In this document: positions 1-13,084 of the stretch, piece by piece | Position numbering within the stretch: position 1 is the stretch's first letter | Layout of the letters: the number at the start of each line of letters is the position of its first letter | Assembly (NCBI GenBank): GCA_002104905.1 | Contig: MCFE01000273.1 | Span: 41,927 to 105,926, forward strand | Direction of reading: 5' to 3' | DNA from: Basidiobolus meristosporus CBS 931.73 | Lineage: Eukaryota; Fungi; Basidiobolomycota | DNA length: 64,000 nt | The notes under the pieces: model-generated | The model's input: the letters and a program-made list of their open reading frames with translations, nothing else | Told to the model about the DNA's origin: nothing | The model's database searches: none | Program-made: the position numbers and the translations under genes

Positions 1-309
1 TAAGGAGGCTATATTGCTACAAAAACTATTCAAAGACTTAGGTTTTAATTCAGATGAACCAACATGTATTTACAAGCATAATCAATGTTGTATTTGATTA
101 GCTAGAAATCCTACTAATCATGCCAGAATTAAGCACATTGATATACAGCATCACTTTGTGAGGGAAGCTGTAGAAAATAACTTAGTAGAGTTAGTGTACT
201 GCCCAACTAACAAAATGGTGGCAGATATATTGACAAAACCACTAGCTGGGCCACAATTTGAGAATCTCAGGGAGGAATTAGGATTAAGAATTATTTAGTT
301 GAGAGGGAG
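1..309 (+). pseudogene. 3' end of Ty1/Copia (family A) pol, RNase H C-terminus, followed by the PPT
   Basis: Translates to ...ARNPTNHARIKHIDIQHHFVREAVENNLVELVYCPTNKMVADILTKPL. Near-copy of 11400-11711. Ends in purine tract GAGAGGGAG directly before the LTR TG. Confidence 0.92.
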
Positions 310-613
310 TGTTGAAATATTGGACCATTTGGTATCATTCTGCAGCTAAAAATTTACTTAACAATTCTGGACTAGTCTTGGTCACTGTGGGACTAGCTTA
401 CAGCTCTAACTTTGCCACTTTCTTCAGATCCATGATCTTATGATTATTCCCCTTTATTCAGGATCAAATTAGTACTAATACTAACTATCATGTACTAACC
501 CTAAAACTTTTACAGAATGCTCCTGAATATTGAGAAACCTTCCTTACTTAGTGTTACAGCTGTATTACTTCTACAAAGGTATAAACACTGAGCTTCTTTA
601 CTAATAAACAACA
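310..613 (+). repeat. Truncated 3' LTR of Copia family A
   Basis: Starts TGTTGAAATATTGG like 2711 and 11712. Homology stops after AAACAACAGCT, roughly 60-70 bp short of the normal ...GCAACA end. Confidence 0.88.
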
Positions 614-1752
614 GCTCCTTGACTGGGTGCTTCTTGGGTGGTACTATACTTTTTCTTTGAAAAATGTTGTGCTGGTGCATCTGTGTCTGCCTGCTTGTCC
701 CTAATTGGCACTCTTCCAGCTACCTGACATCTCTTCAAGGCTTGTCTGGAGATTTTGGCCCTGCTTGTAATGGGCTCTTGAGAAAGCTGCTGGTTTTTAG
801 TCATGGCACCCTTGTTCTTCTGCCATTGATAGTTTCTGCTATTCTTAAGATACTTTCTTAGCATACCAATACTGGCCCAATATCTGTTTGCCCATTTGAA
901 TCCAGAATAAAGCTCATGGAACAAGTCAAGCGCATGCTGCTTGGCCTTGAGTTCCTGATGGTCCCATGGTATGCCAGCCTTAAGGTGATGTTGTGCTAGA
1001 CTTCTGATGGCCTCTTGTATTTTGGCCCACTCTTCATTATTGCACCCAACAGCTTCACAGATCTTCAATGTCTTTTGATTTTTAGGCTTTGGTATAAACA
1101 CCACATTGTCTCCCTCCCATACTGTGATAGGTTTTTCTGTGGGCTTTATATGTGGTCACTGTTGTTTTGCTTCAAAGACTGTACGGTGTTTCTCTGCTGT
1201 TACATCAAGAAATGACTCATTTCTTGTCTGTGACATTGAGCAACTTGAGTTCCATCTTTGCAGCAAAGATACAGCTTTCTCTACCTGTGATATTGATTGC
1301 TATACACCTATTATCTGCTCATCCTGTTGCTGGACTATTTCCTCACTTCTCTGGTCCATTGCATCCATTGTATTAGCCACTGCACCTAAATGCTTTATTA
1401 ATGCTTTGGTATGAGCTGACAACATACTTGCTAATATGGGTGGTGGTGATGTTAACATGGCCACTTGCTGATCTTTAACTGAGGGTACTGTGTTTGCTAC
1501 ATTCTCATCTGCCTGAGCATAACAATCAGCTTGTGGCTCTGCAGAGGTTCTGAAATGTCTACTTGACTGAGAGCCTGAGGAGTATGCATTATTACCTTCA
1601 ATGAGCACACTATCCACAGGTACTTTTTTGTATGTAGCCCGGCTTGTTGCACTGAATGTCAAGGCAAGCTGTTATCCAACCATTCTTCTTTTGCCATCAG
1701 CAGTGGGGTTTGGTTGAGAACCAGACAACTTTGCTTTATTTTTTGGTGGCCT
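614..1752 (-). pseudogene. Accessory ORF (ORF-L, copy 1) of the CACTA/Tnp2 unit; uncharacterised protein with in-frame stops
   Basis: ORFs 1300-1662 and 601-1104 join in one frame through TAG/TGA stops. Clear paralog at 15444-17244, sharing e.g. IPKPKNQKTLKI.EA....EEWA.IQ.AIRSLA.HHL.AGIPWDHQ.LKAKQ. Confidence 0.7.
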
Positions 1753-1820
1753 ATATATGGAAGTGAGTCAAACCAAAGGGGAAATAGTGTTACATATACA
1801 TGTGTGTGTGGTGCCACAAC

Positions 1821-2349
1821 TGTCATGATCACATGACAACCATGAACACCCATGCCAAGCTTCAGCTTCCTAGCTCAATTTCTAAGAAATTCCTTCTGGA
1901 ACCTTCTACCACCTTCCAGAAAGTTCCTGACCATTCCAAACCATTGTTACACAATGGAACATTCCATGGAAGCTTTCCATCGTATTTTTCATAGTCCAGT
2001 ACCATATATGGAAATACCAGGTCACATGACTTAGTTACATGATCAGGTGACCCAATCCATCTCCCCATCCTGTCTCAGTGCCGTGTCATCTATGTCATTA
2101 TCCCCAGCACCATTGCTGTGCCTCACCCCACAACCCCATTAGTATTAGCTAATATCTCTCAGCATCAGTATAGCCAAAAAGTATATATAGTCCTATCCCC
2201 CCTTAAGTATTCCTCAGTCTGATAAACACAGGTCTTGAATAAACAGCCTTGCCTTGGAAATCTGCCTTGCCTTGTTGATCCACACCTAAGTCCTTTCCTG
2301 GTCCTGCCTTGCTTAGCTCTACTCTCCTGCCTTGTGTCTATTCATAACA
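1821..2349 (+). repeat. Solo LTR, family C (copy 1)
   Basis: TG...CA termini; 5-bp TSD ACAAC (1816-1820 and 2350-2354); internal TATATATAG and AATAAA. The empty site GGTGCCACAACTTTATTTATAATG is present near 17301-17325. Confidence 0.93.
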
Positions 2350-2710
2350 ACAACTTTATTTATAATGCTTACTATGGCAGGTCATCATTGAATCTTACAT
2401 TCATGTAGGTGCAATGTCTCAAATACAAGACTGTCTTAAATTCACATGAGTATTGACCAAAAAGTGATATAATAGCATTATGTTGTTGAAGGTGAAACTG
2501 TTTGCCTTATAGACAAGACTTCCTTGACTCAATGCCGTAAGAGAAGAGAAAAGTACCATGTGGCTATTGTGGCAAGTCTCTCAGCCATGAAGCACACAGA
2601 GAGCATAGGAAGTATTACAAGGATCATGGCCAGTGTTTTGCCACCCAAGTCATATTTGACCAATCATTGGTCATTACTGTACCAACATTATCTTGCTGGC
2701 CAGTTGATAC

Positions 2711-3080
2711 TGTTGAAATATTGGACTATTTGGTATCATTCAGCAGCTAAAAATTTACTTAACAATTCTAGACTAGTCTTGGTCACTGTAGGACTCATTT
2801 ACTGCCTTAATTTTGCCACTTTCTCCAGATATATGATCTTATGATTATTCCCCTATAGTCAGGATCAAATTAGCACTATTACCCAAACATTATGTACTAA
2901 CCCTGAAACTGTTACACAATGCTCCTGAATATTGAGAAACCCTCCCTACTTAGTGTTGCAGCTGTATTATTTCTACAAAGGTATAAATACTGAGCTTCTT
3001 TATGAGTAAACAACAGTTCAACTATTATCACTATTTCTTGATAAGTTCCTTAGATCCAAATCACTTCTTAAATTGCAACA
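2711..3080 (+). repeat. 5' LTR of Copia A
   Basis: TGTTG...CAACA; about 96% identical by eye to 11712-12080; followed immediately by the PBS. Confidence 0.95.
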
Positions 3081-3092
3081 GGTTATGAGCCC
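3081..3092 (+). promoter_or_regulatory. Primer binding site GGTTATGAGCCC (internal/half initiator tRNA-Met type)
   Basis: Abuts the LTR end. Same motif as the Ty5 / Drosophila copia (Hemivirus-type) PBS. Confidence 0.85.
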
Positions 3093-3694
3093 CAATTGCC
3101 TTAATCTATTCTAAAGATGACTTCTACCAGCAAACAAAGCAATACCAACATCTTCCCTGTAAAGGAGAGGTTTGATGGGAAGTACTACAGACTTTGGAGA
3201 ATCAAGATGCAGATTGACCTTGAGGAAAGAAAGCTTTGGAACATAGTAACAGGAAAGGAAGTTGAGCCCAAAGGAACAGCAGAAGATGTGGAGAAATTTC
3301 AAGAGAAGGAGAGAAAGGCCTTCAATGCAATATGCATCAATGTGCAAGACTCCTTCATTGGACAAATCCATGCCTCAAATACTGCCAAAGCAGCATGGGA
3401 ATCCTTAGAGAAGATCTTTAGAGCAAAGTCAGTATCAAGCAAGCTTTATTTGAAACAAAAGTTCTTCAACATGAGGAAGAAGCCAGATGATGACATGCTA
3501 CAACTCATTACCAGAATGGAGACACTTGCAGAAGAACTTTACAGTATTAATGCTGGTGTAGATGATGAAGAAAAGATACTCTGTCTGCTTTGCAGCCTAC
3601 CAGACAAGTATGAGCCACTCATACTTTCTTTTGAAAGCAGAGAAGACAACTTGACTTTAGACTATGTCAAAGGATGACTTCTCCATGAAGAACC

Positions 3695-6600
3695 TGTTGT
3701 AAGAGTCTTGGAGATATTGGAAGTGAGTTGGAGAACAAGTAGATTATGTGGTTTTCACTCAATGATTTATTGAATGTAAAAGTAGTATTTATACTTTTAC
3801 CTGGTCTTGGCATTACCAACACATAGAATAGGTTAAGGAAGGTCCCAAGAACATGTGTGCAAAGTTTGGGGCTGTTTGGACAACTTTGAGAATTATCATG
3901 TTCTGGGTACCTGGTATTTTGGTGAAAATATTCTAAGTAAATCCCAACAAGGAATTTGGTCAGTATTCTCTAGGATTTGAAGGTAATGATCTAAGTGACT
4001 AAGTTGGGTGAATATTTAGGTGGAAATACAAATTTTTACTGCACTCCCACTCAGCTAAATGTTCATACTGACTAGTCCTAATTTTGACCTAAGATATTCA
4101 AACTTGTCTATAGCTAATGGTTTGGTAAATATGTCTACAATCATTTCATCTGTAGGACAGTAAACTAAGCTAACTAAGTTATTCTCTATAGCTTCACATA
4201 TAAAATGATTTCTAATATCTATGTGCTTGGTTCTAGCATGAAAATTTGGATTTCTACCTAATTGTATACATCTTTGGTTATCTTGAAATAAAGTAATAGG
4301 CGTTTTTTGACATAGGCCTAAATCTGTAAACAGCTTTCTTAACCACATTGCTTCTTTTGTAGCTTCACAGGCTGCCATATACTCTGCCTCTGTAGTGGAA
4401 AGTGCTATGGTTGGTTGCTTTCTTGAGTTCCATGAAATTGCTCCTTTACAGTAAAGAAAAGTGTATCCTGTGGTGGATCTTCTGTCTTCCAAATTTTGTC
4501 CCCAATCAGCATCAGAGTATCCCACAAGATCCTGTTCTGAATTCTTATAAGTGTATCTTAAGCAGATATCAGCAGTTCCTTTTAGGTATCTAAAAATCCG
4601 CTTAACTGCTGCAATATGATCAGATCCATAGTTCTGATTATGTTGGCTTACAACTCCCACTGAATATGAGATATCTGGACGTGTTCCAAGCATGATATAC
4701 ATCAGACTGCCAATCATAGATTGATAAGGAAAGTGAGGGCTTTCAGATGGCACCAAGCTCTCTCGATTTGGTTGAGTTTTGACCAAGTGAAGGTTTGTCT
4801 CCATTGGGGTAGCTGCCGGTTTTCAGTCTTCCATTTTGTACTTCTTTAGTATATCTTGAATATACTTGGATTGGCTTAGGGTAATAGTCTGGGTACTTCT
4901 GTCTATGGAGAACTTAATCCCCAAGTAGTAACTAAGTTCTCCTAGATTGGACATCTTGAACTCCTTAGATAGGCTGGATTTAGTCTCTTTCAATGTTTCT
5001 AGGTTATTGGCGGCTATAATAAGATCATCCACATATAGAGCTAATAGAGCTGGAGTTGCTCTATCTGGCTTATAGTATATACTATAGTCAGCATTACTCC
5101 TTTTGAAACTCAAAGGTTCCAAATAAGAATCTATCTTGCAATTCCAGGCTCTTGGTGATTGTTTGAGACCATATAGTGACTTTTTAATCTTGCAGACCAA
5201 ATGGGGGTTATCTTAGTCAAAAAACCCATCAGGCTGGTCCATATACACGTCCTCATCAAGTTCTCCATTCAAAAATGCAGTTTTACATCCATTTGATGAA
5301 TAAAAAACTTATATTTGGCTGCAATAGCCAATATTAATCTGATGGAATTAAACTTGGCTACCGGTGCAAAGGTCTCAGTATAGTCAAGTCCTTTTGTTTG
5401 AGAGTATCCTTTGGCTACAAGTCTTGCTTTGTATCTTTCAATTGTACCATCAGCTTTGTATTTTGTCTTGAAGACCCATCTGCATCCAATTGATTTTTGC
5501 TTGATTAGTAATTTGATTAAGTCTCAAGTTTGATTTTCCATTAGGGCCTGATATTCCTCAGTCATTGCAGATCTCCAAAGCTTTGTCTGAGGGCTATTTA
5601 GGGCCTCTTTTACAGTCTGGGGCTCATCCATATGGACTGAATAGGCATAGGCTAAGTTTATATCCTCATTGATATAGTAATTTGGGCTATTTCTTGTCCA
5701 ATTGGATCTCCAGGCATTTGATACTGATGCTCACTTCTGGGATATTCCTGGACACTGATTCTGGCTGAGCCACAGTTGTAGAGTCCTCTGGAGTGAAAAA
5801 ATCTTCATTGTTTTGCTCTGATTCAATCCTGACAATTGGTGGACTTGAGATCAAATTTTTGTCATCATCTGATGTCTTTTTTTGTGAAAATTTTGAATTT
5901 TCATCAAACAACACATCCCTGGACTTGATAAGCTTCTTTGCTTTGGTATTGTAGAGTCTGTATGCCTTACTCTCATTGCAGTAGCCCAAAAATATGCATT
6001 TTACACTTTTTGGCTCAAATTTTGACTGATTTCCAGCCAGTTTTTTGGCATATGCTGTACACCCAAATATTCTTAGATGTTCTGCACTTGGTCTGTATCC
6101 ATACCATGCTTCATATGAAGCAGAATCACGAAGTATTCTGTTATAACTCCTATTTTTAAGGTATACTGCAGTGGCAACTGATTCCGCCCAAAAATCACAG
6201 GATGATTTTTGATCATGGATCATAGATCTTGCCATATCAGTTATTGATCTGTTAGCTTGTTCTGCCACTCCATTTTGCTGTGGGGAGTATGGTACAGTAG
6301 TCTCTTGCTTTATCCCATGAATTTTGCAGAAGTGGATGAAGAGTTTTGAGGTGTATTCTCCACCATTGTCAGAGCGTATTTTCTTGATTTTTTCACCAGT
6401 TTCTCTTTCCACCATGGCTTTAAACTCCCTGAGCCTAGACAGAGCTTCTTCCTTTCTCTCCATGAAGTAGACCCATGTGTTTCTTGTATAATCATCAATA
6501 AAAGTGATCAAATACTTCATCCCACCTAAGGATAAATTTTGCATAGGTCCACACAGATCTGAGTGAGTTAGATCTAATTTTTTCTTAGTTTTGATTAACC

Positions 6601-8375
6601 CAGAGCTCTTGAACAGTTGTCTGGCTTGTTTCCCATATATGCAGGCTTCACAGTGCTCCAAATTAGCTGGGGGATCAATTTTCACTCCAGAAATAAGTTG
6701 ATCTTTGATCATTTTGCACAAATAATCAAAATTGATGTGCCCAAATCTCCTGTGCCAAAGCATTGGTGTGTCTTCATTTAAGTTACTTATATTGGCTTCC
6801 AGATATGATGGAATATAAGTCATATTGTATAGATTCTGATCTCTGATGCCCAAAGCAATATGGGCACCATTTTGATCAGAGATCCTGCATCCAGAATTGT
6901 CAAAACTGAAACTGAGTCCTTCTGCTATGGCCTTGCTTACAGAAAGTAGGTTCTTGGCTATTTCTGCTACATAGAGTACTTCTTTAAAGGTCAGTGTGTG
7001 GCTTCCTTCACTGCTTCTAAGGTTTACTAGGATAGTTCCTTCTCCCACTGCATCAAGTGTTCTATTGTCACCCATGAAAACCTTCTTAATTGGAATTTCT
7101 TGATATTGGGTAAAAAGTTCTTTTTGGTGTGTAAAGTGTTGAGAAGCTCCAGAGTCAATATACCACGTCTGAGAATCCTTGTTTGTGGTCATATTTAGTG
7201 CAGATATGAATAGTTTATCTTCAGTTGTTGCAGCATTTCCATATTCAGGCTTCTTTTGCTGATTATCTTTCTTTTTGAGACACCAGTCTGATGTGTGTCC
7301 TTTCCTTTTGCAGTAGTTACAAAACAGGTTGCTGTTGCCTTTGTAGGGTCTTGGGTATCTCCTTTGTTGGCTATCATTGCTTATTAAAGCATTTTCTTCT
7401 TCTCTCTTATTGGCACTTGATTTTCTTGATTCTTCATCCAGGAGCCTTCCGTATATGAAATTTAAGGTCAAATCTTCAGTTCTGGACTCTAGGGCTGATA
7501 CAAGGCCCTGAAACTTGTCTGTCAGGCTATTCAGGATGGTAACTATCACATCCTCATCAGTAGTTGGTACACCCACCGATTCCATCTCATCTACCAGCAG
7601 GGTAATTCTATTAATTAGATTTTTCATTTCTTCTCCTGGCAGCATCTTTGTAGTAAAGAATTTTCGTCTCAGATACATTTTCTTGGCAGCTGAACATGAC
7701 TGGTAGGTGTCTTCCAATGCTTTTCAAGCATTCTTTACTGTTTTTGCTCTTGAGCATTGAATTAGCAATTTGTCCTTGACATTAAGGCAAATGCAGTTAA
7801 AGGCACTTTGTTCTTTCTTCTGGTACTTTAAGGCTTCCTCTCCCATGTTTTTAGGAGGGCATTCTTCTCCCATGACAATATCCCAAAGGCCTCTTTCTTG
7901 TAGCAGCATCTTCATCTTCACCTTCCACACTTGGTAGTTAGATCCATCCAACTTTTCAGCAGAGGGAAAAATTCCAGTAATAGCAGTAGTAGACATTGCA
8001 GAGAGTGACAGCTTGGGGCTCATAACCTGTTGTAAGAGTCTTGGAGATATTGGACATGATTTGGAGAACAAGTAGATTATGTGGTTTTCACTTAATGATT
8101 TATTGAATGTAAAAGTAGTATTTATACTTTTACCTGGTCTGGCATTACCAACACGTAGAATAGGTTAAGGAAGGTCCCAAGAACATGTGTGCAAAGTTTG
8201 GGGCTGTTTGGACAACTTTGAGAATTATCATGTTCTGGGTACCTGGTATTTTGGTGAAAATATTCTAAGTAAATCCCAACAAGGAATTTGGTCAGTATTC
8301 TCTAGGATTTGAAGGTAATGATCTAAGTGACTAAGTTAGGTGAATATTTAGGTGGAAATACAAATTTTTACAACA
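3695..8375 (-). mobile_element. Full-length (decayed) Ty1/Copia, family B (B1), nested in the gag of Copia A
   Basis: LTRs 3695-4043 and 8028-8375; TSD GAACC/GAACT; PBS at 8015-8027 (GGTTATGAGCCCC on minus); PPT GAGTGGGAG next to 4044. gag ATG near 7996 (CNYCKRKGHTSDWC), PR WYIDSGASQH, IN, RT (LYVDDL), RH (GYSDAD, CPTDEMIVDIFTK). Host gag re-joins across the insert as G*LLHEELRC. Confidence 0.96.
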
Positions 8376-11300
8376 GAACTCAGATGTAATGATCAAGCAG
8401 AGAAAATTCAAGATAATGCTTTATTCAGTTCCAAAAGGCATACAGAAAAGAAGGGAAAGCAACAAAACCAAAGAAAACCTGGCTGCTGTAACTACTGTAA
8501 GAAGCCAGGACACAGGGCAAGAGAATGCAAGAAGAAACAAGCAGACAAAAAACAGAAACTAGAGCAGGCAAACCATATAACTACTGATGAACAGTTATTT
8601 GTAACTGTGCAAGAGTGCGCAAGTAACCAAAGTAATGAATGGTATATTGACTCTGGAGCATCACAGCATATTTGTGGTATAAAGGATTGGTTCAGCAACT
8701 TAAAGACTATTCCCGTAAGAAATGTTTATCTGGGAGATAACTCTGCATTGGAAGCTACCGCCAGTGGGTCTATACAACTAAATATGAGTGATAACTCAGG
8801 GGAACAACAGCAAAACTGACTGACATACTCTATGTACCTGGAATAGCTAAGAATCTACTCTCAGTCAGTAAAGCAACTACTCAGGGACTGAAATTTGTTT
8901 TTACTAAGCTGAGCTGCTCAATATTGAGTGAAAATGGACAAAAATTAGCTTTGGGAATCAGAGATCACAATATATACAAGTTACATTGCAAGATCATTGT
9001 AGCTGAGTATGTCAACATTGCTGAAACTGATGAAACCTACTGGGAGACGTGGCATAGGAGGCTAGGGCACATAGGGGAACAGAAAACGAGCCAATTGGTG
9101 AAAAATCAGCTTGTTCTGGGCTTAAAATACTCAATTCCAATCATATTGAATGTTTGTAAGGGATGTTCATATGGCAAACAAGCTAGGCAATGTTTCAAGA
9201 GCTCAGAAGGCATCAATACCACCAAAATATTGGCTATTGTACACTCAGACATATGTGGCCCCTTGAGAACACTGCCCTTTGGAGCCAAGAGATACTCTAT
9301 GACGTTTATTGATAACAAGACAAGATATACGTGGGTGTACTTTCTCGAAACAAAGGATGAAGCTTTAGAGACGTTTAAGCACTTCAAGAACATGGCAGAA
9401 ACACAAACTGGGTGTAAATTGAAGGTACTACAAAGTGACAGTGGAGGAGAATACTGCTCAAAGGAGTTTGCAAAATACTGCTTGTCTACTGGTATACTTC
9501 AACAGACCACAGTTCCTCATACTCCACAGCAAAATGGAGTAGCAGAATGTGCAAATAGAACAATAGTAGAGATGGGAAGATCTATGCTACATGATAAGGG
9601 AATGGATTACAAGTTCTGGGCTGAATCTGTTGCTACCGCTGTATACATCAAGAACAGATGCCCAACAACAGCACTACGTGATTCTACACCCTTTGAAGCA
9701 TATACAGGCAAAAAACCAGATCTCCAGCACCTCAGGATCTTTGGCAGTGATGTTTTTTTAACACATCCCTGAAAAAAAATGCTCAAAGTTGGAACCAGAG
9801 TAGGAAAGGGATCTTTGTTGGGTATTGTGAAGATACTAAAGGGTATAGAGTGTATGATGGCAAAATTCAGAAGCTGATCAAGAGCAGGGACGTTGTATTT
9901 GAGGAGAATTCAGATCAGAAAGCCACGGAAATCTTTGGCCAGCTGCCTGATGATGCAATCAACACAAATGAAGAAGATACATACCAAATCCAGCCAGAGA
10001 TGGAAGATACTTCTACCAGTTCCAGATCAGAACAGATTATCCCAGTTAGGAGATCTACCAGAATAAGAAATGCCCCTGGATCCTGGTGGTGACATCCAAT
10101 GATCATGAAGAAGCTTATCTTGCCTTATGTGCCAAACCTCAGAATCTGGAACAGGCAATGCAAGGACCAGATGCTACTAAGTGGCAACAAGCCATGCAGG
10201 AGGAGTACCAATCACTGATCAAGGCAAAAACTTGGGAACTGGTAGATTTACCAAATGGGAGAGAGCCAATAGGATGTAGATGGGTCTAAAAGATCAAGAT
10301 AACCTCAAATGGTGCCGTTGATAAGTACAAGGCTAGATTGGTAGTTAAAGGCTATTCCCAGATCCAGGGACTAGACTTTAAGGAAACATTTGCTCTGGTT
10401 GCCAAGTTTAACTCTATTAGGACAGTTCTAGCCCTGGCGGCTGTACACAGTCTAGATCTACACCAAATGGATGTCAAAACAGCCTTTCTAAATGGGGATT
10501 TGCAAGAAACTATATATATAGAGCAACCAGAAGGATTTACCAATCCAAAAGGCCCCCATAAGGTGTGCAAGCTTAGAAAATTGTTGTATGGGCTTAAGCA
10601 GGCACCCAGAGCATGATATAACAAGATTGACACATATCTAGAGGAAATTGGGTTTACTTGTAGCACAGCATATCACAGTATATATGTGAAACAGCTCAAT
10701 AAGGGTGTGATCATCCTAGTTCTTTATGTGGACAACCTAATTATAGCTACAAGTGATCAAGAGGCACTTAAACAGACAAAATCAGATCTCTTCAGCAAGT
10801 TTGAGATGAAAGATCTTGGGAAATTGAGCTATTTTCTTTGAATTGAGGTCAAATTTAACATACCTACACAGAAAATTGTGCTGAATCAGTCTAAGTACAT
10901 CAGGGACATTCTTAGATGCTTCAAAATGGAAAATTGCAAACCTGCAGCAACCCCTATGGACAATAACCTGAAATTAAGCAAATCTCAGCCAATTATAGAT
11001 AAAAACGGCTCAAATATGGACCAAAACTTTCCCTATCAATCAATGGTTGGTAGCCTAATGTACCTGATGGTGTCTGCATGTCCAGATATTGCAGTAGCAG
11101 TTGGAATAGTCAGTCAATTCATGCAGAATTATGGATCAGATCAAATTGCAGCAGTTAAGCGGATTTGCAGACATCTACAAGGTACCATAATTATGGTACT
11201 GGAATACTCTGGAGCAGCTAATAGGAAAAAATTTGATGGTTATAGTGATTCAGATTGGGATAGGGATCTGATAGACAGATGCTCTACCACAGGCTATGTA

Positions 11301-11711
11301 TTTCTTTATGCTGGTGCAGCTATTACTTGGAATTGCAAGAAACAACCAACTGTGGCACTATCTACAACTGAAGCCAAATATATGGCTGCATGTCAAGCAA
11401 CTAAGGAGGCTATATGGCTACAAAAATTATTCAAAGACTTAGGTTTTAATTCAGGTGAACCAACATGTATTTACAAGGATAATCAAAGTTGTATTTCATT
11501 AGCTAGAAATCCTACTAATCATGCCAGAACCAAGCACATTAATATACAGCATCACTTTGTGAGGGAAGCTGTAGAAAATAACTCAGTGGAGCTGGTTTAC
11601 TGCCCAACTGACAAAATGGTGGCAGACATATTGACAAAACCACTAGCTAGGCCACAGTTTGAGATCCTTAGAGAGAAATTGGAATTAAGATATTATTTAG
11701 TTGAGGGGGAG

Positions 11712-12080
11712 TGTTGAAATATTGAACTATTTGGTATCATTCAGCAGCTAAAATTTTACTTAACAATTCTAGACTAGTCTTAGTCACTGTAGGACTCATT
11801 TACTGCCTTAACTTTGCCACTTTCTCCAGATATATGATCTTATGATTATTCCCCTATAGTCAGGATCAAATTAGCACTATTACCAAACATTATGTACTAA
11901 CCCTGAAACTGTTACACAATGCTCCTGAATATTGAGAAACCCTCCCCACTTAGTGTTGCAGCTGTATTACTTCTACAAAGGTATAAATACTGAGCTTCTT
12001 TATGAGTAAACAACAGCTTAACTATTATCACTATTTCTTGATAAGTTCTGTATATCCAAATCACTTCTTATATTGCAACA
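11712..12080 (+). repeat. 3' LTR of Copia A
   Basis: Preceded by the PPT, followed by TSD GATAC. Confidence 0.95.
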
Positions 12081-13084
12081 GATACTTCTATATTGGCACC
12101 TTGCTGTCTTTTTCACCTTGTGCAAGCTGAGTCAGGTGAGTTTGTGACACCTTTAGGCTCACCTTGGCCTTCTGAGTATGGCATGCAGAGTGAGCTCTCA
12201 CTAAGAAGGTTCACTGATGGATTTTAAGCCTATCTCCCCTAACAACAATACTATGTAGAAGCCCAGCCAAATCCCAATATGAAATGAGACAACACCCATT
12301 GAAACAAATGCCAAGGATACCTTATGGAGCCAAGTGAGCCAAGTAATCCATCTCCCGGTGAATGATGTAATGTTGTAGCTAGAGAAGTGGTGTGTTTCCA
12401 CAAATACCAGTAATGGGGGCTTTGTGGATTTATTACTACTTCTTGCCAAAATCATACCATGATACAACTTACCATTTACATGGTACAAGTGGACTACTGA
12501 AATGCGGCTGGCAGCATATGATCTAGAGACTGTCCTGATTCCAGCATGTGTTAACAGTTACATGGCATTCATAGCCAAAAATGCTACCATTGCAATGTGT
12601 TCAAATTGTCAGGAATCCACCACCATTGAGGGATAACATTGTTCACACTCCAGATATATTCTGGTAATACCCCATCTGAGGAAGCTAATGCAGTCCAACA
12701 AATATTGCAAAGCTTTACAGTACCACACCCAGTATCAATCAAGCGCAAATGTACCCAATACATTAGATGGCAAACATTGCTAACAGCTAAGAAGCAAGGG
12801 ATACTTTGAAGGTATGTGTGACCATGCCTTTGCCTTAGCACTTGATGGAGTCTCATCAGACAAGCACTCTACCAGTAAATCTTGCTGGCCACTGATTCTC
12901 ATCTATCTGGATCTGCCACCCATCTTATGGTATCAGATCAATAATCCAATGGTAGTATCACTTGTATCTGGGCTAAATCATAATCCAACCTAGATAGCTA
13001 CCTATATCCATTGCTGGATGAATTTTGTATGCTTTCCAGCGGGATAAGAGTTAATGGCCATCATATAAAGGTGCATATTATTAT

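Larger units (their letters stand above)
2711..12080 (+). mobile_element. Full-length (decayed) Ty1/Copia LTR retrotransposon, family A; ~4.7 kb after removing nested element B
   Basis: LTRs 2711-3080 and 11712-12080; perfect TSD GATAC (2706-2710, 12081-12085); PBS GGTTATGAGCCC; PPT GAGGGGGAG. Domain order: gag (CNYCKKPGHRAREC), PR (WYIDSGASQH), IN (HRRLGH..CKGC, VHSDICGP, SDSGGEY, QQNGVAE), RT ([18 protein letters not shown]), RH (GYSDSD, TKHINIQHHFVRE). Confidence 0.96.
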
